NCBI GenBank assembly: GCA_030247525.1
Contig: JAOTSC010000002.1
Span: 571 to 64,570, forward strand
DNA: 64,000 nucleotides
Reading direction: 5' to 3'
Source: a bacterium
GTDB taxonomy: Bacteria > Electryoneota > JAOADG01
The notes beneath the pieces were generated by a model. That model was not told the origin of the DNA, did no database searches, and was given only the letters and a program-made list of their open reading frames with translations. The position numbers were made by a program, and so were the translations under genes. This document shows, in pieces, positions 48,304 through 58,696 of the stretch (position 1 is its first letter; every line of letters starts with the position of its first letter).

Positions 48304-50445
48304 GTGAAGAGAATGAGATTGCTTACAGCGGTTGCGCTGTTAGCGTTCGCCGGGTTGGCATTCGGGCAATTGACCGGTGCAAAGACGATTAATTTTGCCG
48401 CGCCGACCGCTGGAAATAACTACCAAACCTTTGCCGCTGCAATCACAGCCTTGAACGCTTCAGGTGTCGGTGCTGGCGGCGTTACGTTTACTGTCGCTTC
48501 GGGAACTTATGCCGAAGCAGCTTTGATAATAACTACTCAGACAGGAACCGCCGCCAATCCGATTAAATTCGTGAAGGGCAGCGGCACCGTAACGATTAAC
48601 TCCTCGGCGAGTGGTGTAGGATCCGCTGCGGTTAGATTATTCGGCGCAAGGTATGTTGAATTCGATGGTATCGATGTCAGTGCCGCAAACGCCATTTACG
48701 GTTACGAGATGCTCAACACTGCCGCAGCAGGTGCTGGTGCAAGAAATAACACGATCCGTAATTGCACAGTCACGGTGAACAAAGCAAGCGCAGCAACTCG
48801 TGTCTTGATCTCCAACTCGAATTCTGCTACCAACGCGAGCGCCATCAATCACAACAACTCGTTTATCAACAACATCGTTCATAACGGAGTTGGTGGTATT
48901 CGTCTTACCTCCGCTCCCGGCTTCCTTCAGACCGGAAATGTCGTAATGGGAAATCAAGTCGGTGTTGGCGTAGCCAACGACATTAGCGGTACCAGCTATG
49001 TGAAGGGTATTCACGCCGCGTACCAAAATGGCGTCACGATTACCGACAACATCGTTGCCAATGTAACGACAACTTCGGCTGGCGCAGCTGCCGCAATTGG
49101 TCTCGAAGATGCCGCTGGTATCCATGTCGAATTATCGAGCGGTACGATCACCATCGCGCGAAATGAAATCTCGGCGATTTCCTCCACTGGTAACAACTCT
49201 TTCCGTTCGACCTTTGGAATTATTGCTGTTCCGAATGTCGGTGGCGGTAACGTTGCCAATATCTACAACAATATGATTACTGGTATTACGCACAGCCGCA
49301 ACGTCGCTACCTCGACGTTTTCCGGTGCGCCGACTAACACGAACCCGGGTTATGGTTGCTTCGGCATCTATGTAGCAACCGGTACTGCCAACGTCTATCA
49401 CAATAGCGTTTTAATGAATGGCTCCAACTTGGTGTCGTCGGCCGCTTACTGGAACGGTGGCGCAACAGCCAATGTTCGTAACAATATTTTCGCGAACATC
49501 GTTGCCGCCCAACTGACACCGAAGCACTACGGCTTCTGCCGTACTGCCGGCACAGTAACCGCCGATTACAACAACATCTATGTAGTGAACGCCAACGGTT
49601 TTGTCGGTCGCGATGGTACCACTGACAAGGTGGACGAAATTGCTTGGAATGGAACTGGTTACGGCGCGAACAGCGTTTACACGGATCCGTTGTTTATCAG
49701 CGGCACTGACTTGCATATCCAAGTCGCGAGCGATTCGCCAGTATCGAATGCCGGTGTCGATCTTAGCGCAACCGTTGCCGACGACATCGACGGTGATGTT
49801 CGTACGATCACGCCGGATCTGGGTGCGGATGAAGGTGAATTCAGTGTCGTACTTCCAGTTGAATTATCTTCTTTCCTTGCTACTGCCACGGCAGAAGGTA
49901 TTGAGCTACGCTGGCGAACCGAAACCGAAACCGATAACGACCACTTCGTCCTTGACCGCTGGGTTGATGGCAACGAAGAAGATATTCAAACGGTTTCGAT
50001 TTCAAGCTTGAGCCGGAATGGAAACAGCAGTGTCGCATTGAATTACTTCTACCGCGATACTCGCAACTTACTTCCCGGCAACATCTACCATTACCGTTTA
50101 TCGGATGTCAGCCTTTCCGGTGACCGTCGATTGTTGCAGGTGATTACTGTCAACAATTCCGCCACCGAAATCGTTGTCCCCCGTGGGTTTGGTTTAGTGG
50201 AAGCGTTCCCGAATCCATTCAATCCGACTTCGACGATAAAAGTGCAGTTGCGTAATCCCGGTTTAGCCACGGTAGCTGTCTACAATGCCGCTGGTCAATT
50301 GGTACAAGAACTGTATCAAGGCAAAATGGGTATCCAACCCATGAGCTTCCAGTTCGACGCCAGCAGCCTTGCTACCGGCGTATATCTGGTACGGGTGACC
50401 AGCAGCGATTTCTCCACCCAGAAGAAAATTGTCTTAATGCGATAG
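48304..50445 (+). CDS. Secreted right-handed beta-helix (pectate-lyase-fold) protein with T9SS C-terminal sorting domain
   Basis: Signal peptide (MRLLTAVALLAFAGLAFGQ). Parallel beta-helix repeat signatures (NNIVHNGVGGIRL, GNVVMGNQVGVGV, ITDNIVANV). C-terminal AFPNPFNPTSTIKVQLRN...VYNAAGQLVQEL. Confidence 0.65.
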   Translation: MKRMRLLTAVALLAFAGLAFGQLTGAKTINFAAPTAGNNYQTFAAAITALNASGVGAGGVTFTVASGTYAEAALIITTQTGTAANPIKFVKGSGTVTINSSASGVGSAAVRLFGARYVEFDGIDVSAANAIYGYEMLNTAAAGAGARNNTIRNCTVTVNKASAATRVLISNSNSATNASAINHNNSFINNIVHNGVGGIRLTSAPGFLQTGNVVMGNQVGVGVANDISGTSYVKGIHAAYQNGVTITDNIVANVTTTSAGAAAAIGLEDAAGIHVELSSGTITIARNEISAISSTGNNSFRSTFGIIAVPNVGGGNVANIYNNMITGITHSRNVATSTFSGAPTNTNPGYGCFGIYVATGTANVYHNSVLMNGSNLVSSAAYWNGGATANVRNNIFANIVAAQLTPKHYGFCRTAGTVTADYNNIYVVNANGFVGRDGTTDKVDEIAWNGTGYGANSVYTDPLFISGTDLHIQVASDSPVSNAGVDLSATVADDIDGDVRTITPDLGADEGEFSVVLPVELSSFLATATAEGIELRWRTETETDNDHFVLDRWVDGNEEDIQTVSISSLSRNGNSSVALNYFYRDTRNLLPGNIYHYRLSDVSLSGDRRLLQVITVNNSATEIVVPRGFGLVEAFPNPFNPTSTIKVQLRNPGLATVAVYNAAGQLVQELYQGKMGIQPMSFQFDASSLATGVYLVRVTSSDFSTQKKIVLMR

Positions 50446-50468
50446 TTTTCGCCTTATGTGCAATCGGG

Positions 50469-50497
50469 AAAGGAGCGCAGCAATGCGCTCCTTTTTC
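50469..50497 (+). terminator. Rho-independent terminator
   Basis: AGGAGCGCA-gcaa-TGCGCTCCT followed by TTTTCAT. Confidence 0.6.
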
Positions 50498-50588
50498 ATT
50501 ATCTGCATTCTTGGACTTACCTCGTAATCCATGTGGAATTCTGATCGTACCGAGTGTGTCTTTCCTCTCTCACCAACTATATTACGGC

Positions 50589-51734
50589 ATGTCGAATATC
50601 GCCTGGGATGCACTGCATCCAAATGTCCGCAAACTGTTCCAATGTCAATCGCGCCCTGTGCTTGCGCTCGCGCCAATGGAGGATGTTACAATCCTCCCGT
50701 TCCGACGCATCATGAAGCGGAACGGCGCTGATCTGGTGTATACGGAGTTCATCGCCGCCGCCGGATTGGTGCGTGAAATTGCCTCCTGTATCAAGAAACT
50801 CGAGTATGAAGAATCCGAGCGACCACTCACCGTTCAAATATACGGCTCCAATCCCGATGAAATGGCGCGGGCGGCTAAGATGGTCGAACGCTTAGTACAG
50901 CCGGAATTCATCGATATCAATCTCGGTTGCCCGGTGAAGAAAATTGCCGGGCGTGGTGATGGCGCCGGTCTCTTGAAACCCGACAGTTACAATTCTCAGA
51001 TTCATACTGGAGCCCCCACTGACCTCCCACCCAAAAACCTCGAAGCGGTCGTCTGCTCTGTGGTGGATGCAGTATCGACCCCAGTTACAGTGAAAATGCG
51101 GCTCGGTTGGGATGAGCGCACGATCTATGTGGTTGAATCAATGCCGTGGTTTAAGTCGTGGGGTGTGCAATTCATTGCACTTCATGCACGTACCCGCGCA
51201 CAAGCCTACACCGGAAAAGCCAATTGGGACTATGTGAAATTGGCTAAAGCGGCAAGCGAGCTTCCCATCATCGGAAATGGTGATTTAGTGTCGGCTGAGT
51301 TGATTAAACAACGGTGGGAAGAAACCGGTTGCGATGGATTGATGATTGGTCGAGGGGCGATAACGCAACCGTGGCTGTTCCGTGACGCTGTGGCGTTGTT
51401 GGAAGGGAAGCCGTTACCGCCAGCGCCGACATTGCGCGAACGGGTGGAGCAGTACATTGGAATGATTGTCGAATCGATTCCAATGAAAGGGGAGTTCAAA
51501 GCTGTTATCGAAATGCGGAAGTACCTCCCCGGCTTCTTGAGTGGAGCGTACAACGCCGCCCATGTTCGCCGTGAGATTGTCCAGATGAATACTCTATCCG
51601 AAGTGGAAACGAGATTATTTGCCTACGTTACAGAACGGGAAACTGATCAAGAACATCAATTTCAGGCGCACCTCGCCCGCGAAATTGATGCTGAGTTTCA
51701 GCAGAAATTCTTCACGTCCCATTGCAGTGGGTAG
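50589..51734 (+). CDS. tRNA-dihydrouridine synthase (Dus family)
   Basis: PVLALAPMEDVT, IDINLGCPVKKI and VTVKMRLGWD motifs of the Dus TIM barrel. Start taken at ATG 50589. Confidence 0.7.
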   Translation: MSNIAWDALHPNVRKLFQCQSRPVLALAPMEDVTILPFRRIMKRNGADLVYTEFIAAAGLVREIASCIKKLEYEESERPLTVQIYGSNPDEMARAAKMVERLVQPEFIDINLGCPVKKIAGRGDGAGLLKPDSYNSQIHTGAPTDLPPKNLEAVVCSVVDAVSTPVTVKMRLGWDERTIYVVESMPWFKSWGVQFIALHARTRAQAYTGKANWDYVKLAKAASELPIIGNGDLVSAELIKQRWEETGCDGLMIGRGAITQPWLFRDAVALLEGKPLPPAPTLRERVEQYIGMIVESIPMKGEFKAVIEMRKYLPGFLSGAYNAAHVRREIVQMNTLSEVETRLFAYVTERETDQEHQFQAHLAREIDAEFQQKFFTSHCSG

Positions 51735-51999
51735 CCGATTTATTGCATTGTTTGGTGATTTTTCGCAACGTAATTTGCAAATAACTTTATGTAAATTATT
51801 AAATTACAATGCTACTATCTATTGTGATATGCGTAAACACATACAAAGAATCACTGAGCTACGGTAAAAAAAACAATTAGGAAGGCGCTCTCGAATTTCG
51901 CTTGCCCGAGATTTGACAACTGCCAAAACTGATTACAATCGATTTAGAATCGATTCAGTTTGAAAACATTACCGGCTGCGTCATAAATTTAATGTAATA

Positions 52000-53109
52000 T
52001 TAAAATGATCTACTAATTAAAAACTCCGCCCAACTTCGAAGCAGTGACCGGTACTGGGTGTCTGGTAGCGCATTGAGCAACGGCAGAGCTTCCTTGATAT
52101 AACCATTCGCCAAATCGAGGGTATATTGCACGCCGCCCGAGGCGATGAGCCACTCCGTGACCGCTTGAACATCTTCCGGGGTCGCTTGACTATTGCCGAG
52201 TACGCGATCCATCCGGTTCCGTTGCTCGAATGATGCTCGATGATAGGCATAGCTCGCAATCGTCGTCCGCTTCCCTTCCCGTAAATCGCTGCCGACCGGC
52301 TTCCCAAGTTTTTTCTCATCACCTGTGATGCCAAGAATATCGTCCTGCAATTGGAAGGCGATGCCACACAACGAAGAAAAGCGTCCGAGTGCATTGACAG
52401 ACGGATGATCCGGCTCATGCTTCCCAAGACCAATCAAGGCGCCGGCTTGGGCACAGAATTCGTATAACACGCCGGTTTTCCGCCACAACATATCAACGAT
52501 TTGCTTTTCATCGACCTTTTCGATGGGGAGGTGAGAGAATTGGACATCGAGGACTTCCCCCTCGACCAGAGTATTCAACACCCTTGTATCGAGCAGGTTG
52601 ATGAGATGCAACGTGGTAAGTGGGTCGACCCCGTTTCGGGTCGTCAACTCGGTCATCATCGAGATGCCCCAGCCATGTTGCACATCGCCGGCGAGGATTG
52701 CAATCGATACGCCATAGTGCGCCGCTTCGTTACTCGAGAGCGGGTACTGCGGACGCATATTCATGCTTTTGCGGAATCGCTCGTGTACGGTATCTTCGCC
52801 ACGGCGCGTCCCGTCGCGGTCGATAATATCGTCGTGAACAAGCGTCCACGTGTGGAATACTTCGACGGCGGAGGCTGCCGGGATTGCGAGTTTTTCATCG
52901 CCGCCAACCGCGCCACAGGAAAAGAGAAGAATTGCCGGACGCAGCCGTTTTCCGCCATAGCGGATATACGCGGCGACCCCCTCGCGGATATCGTCGGGCG
53001 CGAATCGCGAAAGAAAGCGATCCTGTAGTAAGAAATCTTGAATCCATCCGACCCGCTCATCGAGTGCGGCGAAAAAATTCTGTTCGTTGGTTAGGGAAGT
53101 TTGTGTCAT
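52000..53109 (-). CDS. Polyprenyl diphosphate synthase (trans-isoprenyl diphosphate synthase family)
   Basis: First Asp-rich motif LVHDDIIDRDGTRRG and second motif FQLQDDILGITGDEKKLGKPVGSDLREGK. Confidence 0.8.
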   Translation of the reverse strand: MTQTSLTNEQNFFAALDERVGWIQDFLLQDRFLSRFAPDDIREGVAAYIRYGGKRLRPAILLFSCGAVGGDEKLAIPAASAVEVFHTWTLVHDDIIDRDGTRRGEDTVHERFRKSMNMRPQYPLSSNEAAHYGVSIAILAGDVQHGWGISMMTELTTRNGVDPLTTLHLINLLDTRVLNTLVEGEVLDVQFSHLPIEKVDEKQIVDMLWRKTGVLYEFCAQAGALIGLGKHEPDHPSVNALGRFSSLCGIAFQLQDDILGITGDEKKLGKPVGSDLREGKRTTIASYAYHRASFEQRNRMDRVLGNSQATPEDVQAVTEWLIASGGVQYTLDLANGYIKEALPLLNALPDTQYRSLLRSWAEFLISRSF

Positions 53110-53278
53110 AATGCGGGTAAATTAACACAATTTCTTCGAGAAAGTAAACAGGAATGGTCGTAACGCATTTCTGAGATTTGGTTCGGGATCGTGTTGAGTA
53201 TGTAGAAATATCGCATCGATAATAGATTAAAAGAGGGATGGGGAGTGTTCGCTATGAAACACCCCCCGTCCTATTCGA

Positions 53279-54268
53279 TTACTGTATATGGGACAAATAC
53301 TCTTGTAAACAATCTAAGTGCGAGTGCGCGCCTTCGATTGCGTGGAATTGTGTCACCACTTCGTCGCGCTTTTCAATGGTTGTGAACACCGAGTGCATCG
53401 TCAATTTGGTATCGGCGCCGTGATCCTCCAACGTCATCGTAACAATGAAATCGACATCCGCTTCCTCGTCGCAATTGTGTGAGTAGACCAATCGCTCATT
53501 CATAACGACTTCCCGGTACGCAACATAATTTTCGTAGGTTTCGCCGGCTGGACCATACATAACAAACCGCCACACTCCACCGGGTCGAACGGTCATGTTC
53601 CGATTGGTTACGGTATAACCTTTCGGACCCCACCAATTCACGACATGATTCGGATCGGTCCATGCCCGATAGACTAATTCCCGTGGCGCTTTCAGAATTC
53701 GCGTCACGATGATGCTGCGGGCGGCAAACTCCGCTTCTGTCTCATCGCTGCGTTTTGCAAATTCGCCGGGGTCTCTCACTGATTTCCGCTCGGTTTTCAT
53801 GCTGGCGTTCGCCAATTCTTCGGCACATTCCGCAAAGTGCAGCATCAGGGTCGACCAACCTTCGCGTTGTTGCTCCTCACTATGGGTTGCTTCCAACATC
53901 AGTATCAACGTGAGTCTTGTTTTTCCCGCAATCTCCTCAAAGGCAGTAACAAGCGCTCTGCCATCGGCAAGCACATAGTAAAGAAGCGCTGGTTCCCGGA
54001 TGTCGTGATAGACCCCTTCATATACAAAACTATGGGCATTCTCCGGTGACGCCATGCCAATGCGAAACGTGCCGCCGGGACGAACATCGGTTTCCGCAAA
54101 CGGCACCGTCCAGCCATCGGTAGCGTAATGCCATTTCACGATGTGCTTCGGATCGGTAAATACTTGATACACCAACTCCCGCGGTGCATCGATGTCCCGG
54201 GAGATGACAATCACACGATTGTCTACTCCCGACGGTTGTGGTTGATTTGCTTCCAAGTTTCCCCCCAA
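53279..54268 (-). CDS. Tandem SRPBCC / AHSA1-like (Activator of Hsp90 ATPase homolog) domain protein
   Basis: Two ~150-aa repeats each with the AHSA1-like signature (I.R.IDAPRELVY..FTDP..I.KW...G). Confidence 0.65.
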   Translation of the reverse strand: MGGNLEANQPQPSGVDNRVIVISRDIDAPRELVYQVFTDPKHIVKWHYATDGWTVPFAETDVRPGGTFRIGMASPENAHSFVYEGVYHDIREPALLYYVLADGRALVTAFEEIAGKTRLTLILMLEATHSEEQQREGWSTLMLHFAECAEELANASMKTERKSVRDPGEFAKRSDETEAEFAARSIIVTRILKAPRELVYRAWTDPNHVVNWWGPKGYTVTNRNMTVRPGGVWRFVMYGPAGETYENYVAYREVVMNERLVYSHNCDEEADVDFIVTMTLEDHGADTKLTMHSVFTTIEKRDEVVTQFHAIEGAHSHLDCLQEYLSHIQ

Positions 54269-54338
54269 AAATATCCTGATTACGTGATACGACCGGAATC
54301 GCGAAGAAAATCGCGCAGGATACTGTTGCGCGACGTAC

Positions 54339-54692
54339 TCATTTAAGCTCGTTCGTCTGTAATGATTTTAGATATTCCTCAAGCCGGTCCAGTCGTTGTT
54401 CCCAAAACGCACGGTACTCGTCCACCCAACTTGCGACATCCTGTAATGGCTTTGCCTCGAGTCGGCAGGGACGCCATTGTGCATGGCGGCTTTGGGTAAT
54501 GAGTCCTGCGCGCTGGAGCACTTTCAAGTGCTTCGTTACCGCTGGCAGCGTCATGTGAAATGGCGCGGCGAGTTCGGAAACCGTCGTCTCACCGGATGAG
54601 AGGCGTTTCAGAATCGCGCGGCGGGTCGGGTCGGCGAGCGCCGCGAACGTATTACTCAGTTGATCCGTTGGCATCGTAGTAAACCGATTCAT
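54339..54692 (-). CDS. ArsR/SmtB-family transcriptional regulator
   Basis: LADPTRRAILKRLSSGETTVSELAAPFHMTLPAVTKHLKVLQRAGLI winged-HTH signature. Forms an operon with the SRPBCC gene. Confidence 0.8.
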   Translation of the reverse strand: MNRFTTMPTDQLSNTFAALADPTRRAILKRLSSGETTVSELAAPFHMTLPAVTKHLKVLQRAGLITQSRHAQWRPCRLEAKPLQDVASWVDEYRAFWEQRLDRLEEYLKSLQTNELK

Positions 54693-54825
54693 TAATTAAC
54701 CATACGGTAAAATAACAAAAACAGAGATGCTTGTCAAGTATTGGCAATGAGGTTTTGTTCTTACAAGATGGTGCGTATTTTACGACTAAGGATATTTCAA
54801 CGAATAGTCTATCGGTTGGTGCAAC

Positions 54826-55542
54826 ATGAAAGAAAGATTCAAAAAGAGTTCGTTTATATGGTTAATACGCATTAGCATCTATTGCGTAATTTCTTTGGTT
54901 CTATTCCAGGGTTGTGACAATCTTACTACATCAAAAAAATACCAAATCGTGATTGACGATAGTAATGTTGGAGGTATTAACGTTTGGAAAAAATTCTTTT
55001 TGATGAAGAATGTCGAGAACGCAATCGATAGAGTAACTCAATATTTTGAAATTCCCCTTAAGGATGCATTTTATGTTATTATATTAAATAGTAAAAAGTA
55101 CGAAGGGGGAAGGAAGGCAGTTTACTTAGACAAAGATGGTTATAATAAAAAAAGTATGATTGTGCACGAAGTTACACATGCCCTACTCAAACTGAAAGAA
55201 CACAATTTCGAACTGGAAGGGATAGCAATGTTAATGGAATACAAGTTTATCAATGATACAAAAGTGGAAAAGGAACGATACATAAGATTCAGAAACAGAA
55301 ACGATTGTGATACCTATCCCATCCAATATTTGATTGAAAACGATCAATTATATTACCCTAATACAAAAATCGGGCGAAGTGTATATATGCAGTCTGGTCT
55401 ATTTTATCTTTTCTTGGATGAAAAATATGGAAGAAAGAAAATGCTCGAATTCTACACACAAGGAGTTCGGAGAATCGAATCGGTTTATGGGGTTCCACTT
55501 GATAGTTTAGATGCCGCTTGGCAAAAGTGGCTATTGCAGTAG
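54826..55542 (+). CDS. AT-rich gene for a putative HExxH (zinc-metallopeptidase-like) lipoprotein
   Basis: Lipoprotein-like signal (..VLFQGC). HEVTH motif. Noticeably lower GC than the flanking genes. Confidence 0.45.
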   Translation: MKERFKKSSFIWLIRISIYCVISLVLFQGCDNLTTSKKYQIVIDDSNVGGINVWKKFFLMKNVENAIDRVTQYFEIPLKDAFYVIILNSKKYEGGRKAVYLDKDGYNKKSMIVHEVTHALLKLKEHNFELEGIAMLMEYKFINDTKVEKERYIRFRNRNDCDTYPIQYLIENDQLYYPNTKIGRSVYMQSGLFYLFLDEKYGRKKMLEFYTQGVRRIESVYGVPLDSLDAAWQKWLLQ

Positions 55543-55547
55543 TGTAG

Positions 55548-55721
55548 GGGTTCGATTCATCGAACCCGACTCAAAAGGGCGCAATGAATTGCGCCCCTAC
55601 GAAAGAAGATGAAAATTACCTTCGATGAGCCCTTCGGGTGTTGCCACGTCGCTACGGTCGCACAAGGTTGTGATCAGCTCTCCACACAACGACAAAAAGG
55701 GCGGCTGCCAGCCGCCCCTAC
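55548..55721. repeat. Cluster of REP-like palindromes (GTAGGGG + GGTTCGA-ttca-TCGAACC; GGGCGCAAT-ga-ATTGCGCCC CTAC; GGGCGGCTG-c-CAGCCGCCC CTAC)
   Basis: Three GC-rich hairpins each flanked by GTAG/CTAC. The third is the same palindrome as 59955..59973 with the central base inverted. Confidence 0.45.
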
Positions 55722-55798
55722 TATGAAACTTCGGGCTTGGAGCCCTAACCACCAACCATCTATCACCTATTCCTCAGCACCCAAACCCAACACCAACA

Positions 55799-58381
55799 TC
55801 ACCCCATCGCTTTCGCCCAACGTACGAGATTACAATCGTGGCGGTGTGCAAGTTCGGGATGGCTCGGTACTACCCGCACCGAGAAGCCATGACGACCGCT
55901 CTGAGTACACGTTAACACGCTACGATATAAATAGGTGTTGTCGGGGAGTTTCGATTCGAGTCCCATCGACATTGCTTCCCCTTGATGCAATTTGCCGTCG
56001 GTATTCACCGCGCCGAAGAATACTTCGATCGCGACATCTTCCGGAGTCAGCCCATTCAAATTGACCCGCGCCGAAATCGAAATCGGATCGTCGACGATTA
56101 GTTCAATCGTCGGATCGGCAGAGATTTTGAGAATCGATACGCCATCCCATTGCCGCCGTACCCGCTGTTTCCATTGCGATAGCGACCGCAACTCGGCCAT
56201 CCCATTGGCGCTAAGCTTTGCCATGTGCTCCCACGCCGGCTGGTAATACTTCTCGGTGTAGTCGCGCACCATCCGGTTCGTATTGAACATGCGCCCCAGT
56301 GTTTGCATCGAGTGTTTCATTTTATTCACCCAATCGCGCGGCAGACCGTCGTTGGTGCGGTGATAGAACAACGGAATGACGTCTTTCTCGAGCAAATCGT
56401 ATAACGCACGCGACTCGACATAATCCTGATAAGCGGAATCGTCGTAATCCTCCCCGGCGCCAATTGCCCAACCGGTATCGGGCTGATATCCTTCGACCCA
56501 CCAGCCATCGAGAATCGAGAGGTTGATACCACCGTTGAATACGACTTTCATACCGCTGGTGCCCGATGCTTCATAGGGGCGGCGCGGATTGTTGAGCCAA
56601 ACATCGACCCCTTGTACCATATACCGGGCAACGCCCATATCGTAATCTTCGAGGAAAACAAACCGGCGGCGGATATCCAAATCCCGGGTAAAGTGGACAA
56701 TCCGTTTGATGAGTTCTTTCCCTTCGACGTCGGCGGGGTGCGCTTTCCCCGCAAAAATAAACTGGACGGGACGGTCGCGATTCGTGAGAATCCGCTTGAG
56801 CCGGTCGGGATCGTGCAGCAGTAAATCGCCGCGTTTATACGTAGCAAATCGCCGGGCAAATCCGATGGTGAGAATCGAACCGTCGAGTACTTCGCGCGCC
56901 GCCTCGATTTCCGATTTCGGTGCGCCGCGGCGATCCAATTGCGTCCGTAACCGGCGCCGAGCGTAGGCAACGAGCCGTTCCCGCCGTCGCTCGTGGGTTC
57001 GCCAGAGCTCCTCGTCGGGAATCTCATGAACGGCATGCCAGGTATCTTCTTCAGTCTGCTTATTCTGCCAATCGAGTCCCAAATATCTTCCCAATAACTC
57101 GTGCATATCGCGGCTTATCCAAGATGGAGCATGAACACCATTGGTGATGTGACCGATTGGTACTTCATCGACCGGAAGCTCGCTCCAGATGTTATGGAAC
57201 AATTTCCGCGACACTTGCCCGTGCAATTCACTCACGCCATTGGCACGGGTCGACATCCGCAGGCAGAGTAATGCCATATTGAATTCGCCATCGAATTGCC
57301 CCTGCCAACGGCCAAGACTCAAGAATTCCTGCTTGGTAATGCCGAGCGGTCCATACAAATAGGAAAAGTACTTTTCGACCAACGATTCGGGGAATTGATC
57401 GATCCCTGCCGCCACGGGGGTATGCGTCGTGAAAATCGTACTGTGACGCACCGCTTCCGCGGCATCGGCAAAGGTGACCCCTTGCCGGCGCATGGTGAGA
57501 ATGCGCTCTAATGCTAAAAATCCGCTGTGCCCTTCGTTCATGTGATAGATGGTGGGGTGAAATCCCATTGCATGTAATGCCCGTACGCCGCCCATTCCCA
57601 ACAGAATCTCTTGCTTGATCCGCATTTCCTTATCGCCGCCATAGAGCTGGTCGGTGATGTCGCGATCTTCCGGCGAGTTTTCCGGGATATTGGTATCGAG
57701 CAACAGCAGTGTCACCCGTCCCACATTAGCGACCACGACGCGCGCTGTGACCGTGCGGCCGGGATACTCGACCTCAATTTTAATCCATCTGCCATCGGGT
57801 CCGTGGGGCGGTTCAAGTGGTAATTGGTAAAAATCGTTGTTGGGGTAACTTTCCTGCTGCCAACCGTCGGGATTCAGGTATTGATGGAAATACCCCTGTT
57901 GATACAACAACCCGACCCCCACCAAGGGAATCCCCATATCGGAAGCGCTTTTCAGGTGATCGCCGGCGAGGATACCCAAGCCGCCGGAATAAATCGGGAG
58001 CGATTCGGTCAATCCAAATTCGGCGGAAAAGTAGGCAAATTGCGGCCCTTCGGTAACACCGAATTTTTTCTCATACCATTTCGCTTCGGTGAGATAGGAA
58101 CGAAGAGCGTTTCTCGTTCGTTCATAGAGTAAGAGGTACCCTTCGTCGACGGCGGCTTCATTTAATTTCTTTTGGGAGATTTCGCCCAGCATCCGAATCG
58201 GATTACGGCCGACTTCATCCCATAAGTTGCGGTCAAGGCGGCGGAAGAGATCGATGGTGTCGTGATTCCAGCACCAATGGAGATTCAACGCCAGATCGCG
58301 CAATCCAACCAGTTTTTCCGGCAGTCGCGGGATAATATTGAACGTCAGCAATGTGCGATTCATCTCGGCAGTAGTAGCCAT
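55799..58381 (-). CDS. glgP: Alpha-glucan (glycogen/maltodextrin) phosphorylase, GT35
   Basis: 860 aa. YFSAEFGL...LPIYSGGLGILAGD, FTTHTPVAAG, FARRFATYKR and EASGTSGMK (pyridoxal-phosphate Lys region) motifs. Confidence 0.85.
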   Translation of the reverse strand: MATTAEMNRTLLTFNIIPRLPEKLVGLRDLALNLHWCWNHDTIDLFRRLDRNLWDEVGRNPIRMLGEISQKKLNEAAVDEGYLLLYERTRNALRSYLTEAKWYEKKFGVTEGPQFAYFSAEFGLTESLPIYSGGLGILAGDHLKSASDMGIPLVGVGLLYQQGYFHQYLNPDGWQQESYPNNDFYQLPLEPPHGPDGRWIKIEVEYPGRTVTARVVVANVGRVTLLLLDTNIPENSPEDRDITDQLYGGDKEMRIKQEILLGMGGVRALHAMGFHPTIYHMNEGHSGFLALERILTMRRQGVTFADAAEAVRHSTIFTTHTPVAAGIDQFPESLVEKYFSYLYGPLGITKQEFLSLGRWQGQFDGEFNMALLCLRMSTRANGVSELHGQVSRKLFHNIWSELPVDEVPIGHITNGVHAPSWISRDMHELLGRYLGLDWQNKQTEEDTWHAVHEIPDEELWRTHERRRERLVAYARRRLRTQLDRRGAPKSEIEAAREVLDGSILTIGFARRFATYKRGDLLLHDPDRLKRILTNRDRPVQFIFAGKAHPADVEGKELIKRIVHFTRDLDIRRRFVFLEDYDMGVARYMVQGVDVWLNNPRRPYEASGTSGMKVVFNGGINLSILDGWWVEGYQPDTGWAIGAGEDYDDSAYQDYVESRALYDLLEKDVIPLFYHRTNDGLPRDWVNKMKHSMQTLGRMFNTNRMVRDYTEKYYQPAWEHMAKLSANGMAELRSLSQWKQRVRRQWDGVSILKISADPTIELIVDDPISISARVNLNGLTPEDVAIEVFFGAVNTDGKLHQGEAMSMGLESKLPDNTYLYRSVLTCTQSGRHGFSVRVVPSHPELAHRHDCNLVRWAKAMG

Positions 58382-58696
58382 TGTCGGTACCCTCAGACTT
58401 AACGATTGAATTTACAAGATACGTGGTACGTTCGGGTAGCGAAAGGGGAACGCTTAACCCAATCGATTTGCTGTTGCAAGAGTAGCAACAGCATTCCTAT
58501 CCTTGCCTCTTTCCATCGGGAGAACGACTCGAACTCCCAAGTCCACAAATTGTTAGAAAGGATTCGTTCCACCTTGCAAGGGGAGCACGGTTTTCGTATC
58601 ATTTTATGATGAAGAGTTCATTCACGGTAGCCACCCCGTTTTGCAATCTCCCCTACAGTCCGCTGCGTCAGTGCTGTTCCGATAACACCAATTGGA

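Noticed and set aside
52501-53028. 175-aa +ORF and several others antisense to the polyprenyl synthase gene
   Set aside because: The opposite strand encodes a full-length enzyme with both Asp-rich motifs. These are shadow ORFs.
55548-55575. tRNA-like T-arm sequence GGTTCGATTC
   Set aside because: The surrounding sequence forms a simple palindrome (GGTTCGA-ttca-TCGAACC), not a GGGGG/CCCCC T-stem with a 7-nt loop, and no acceptor or anticodon arms are present. It was classed as a REP-like hairpin.
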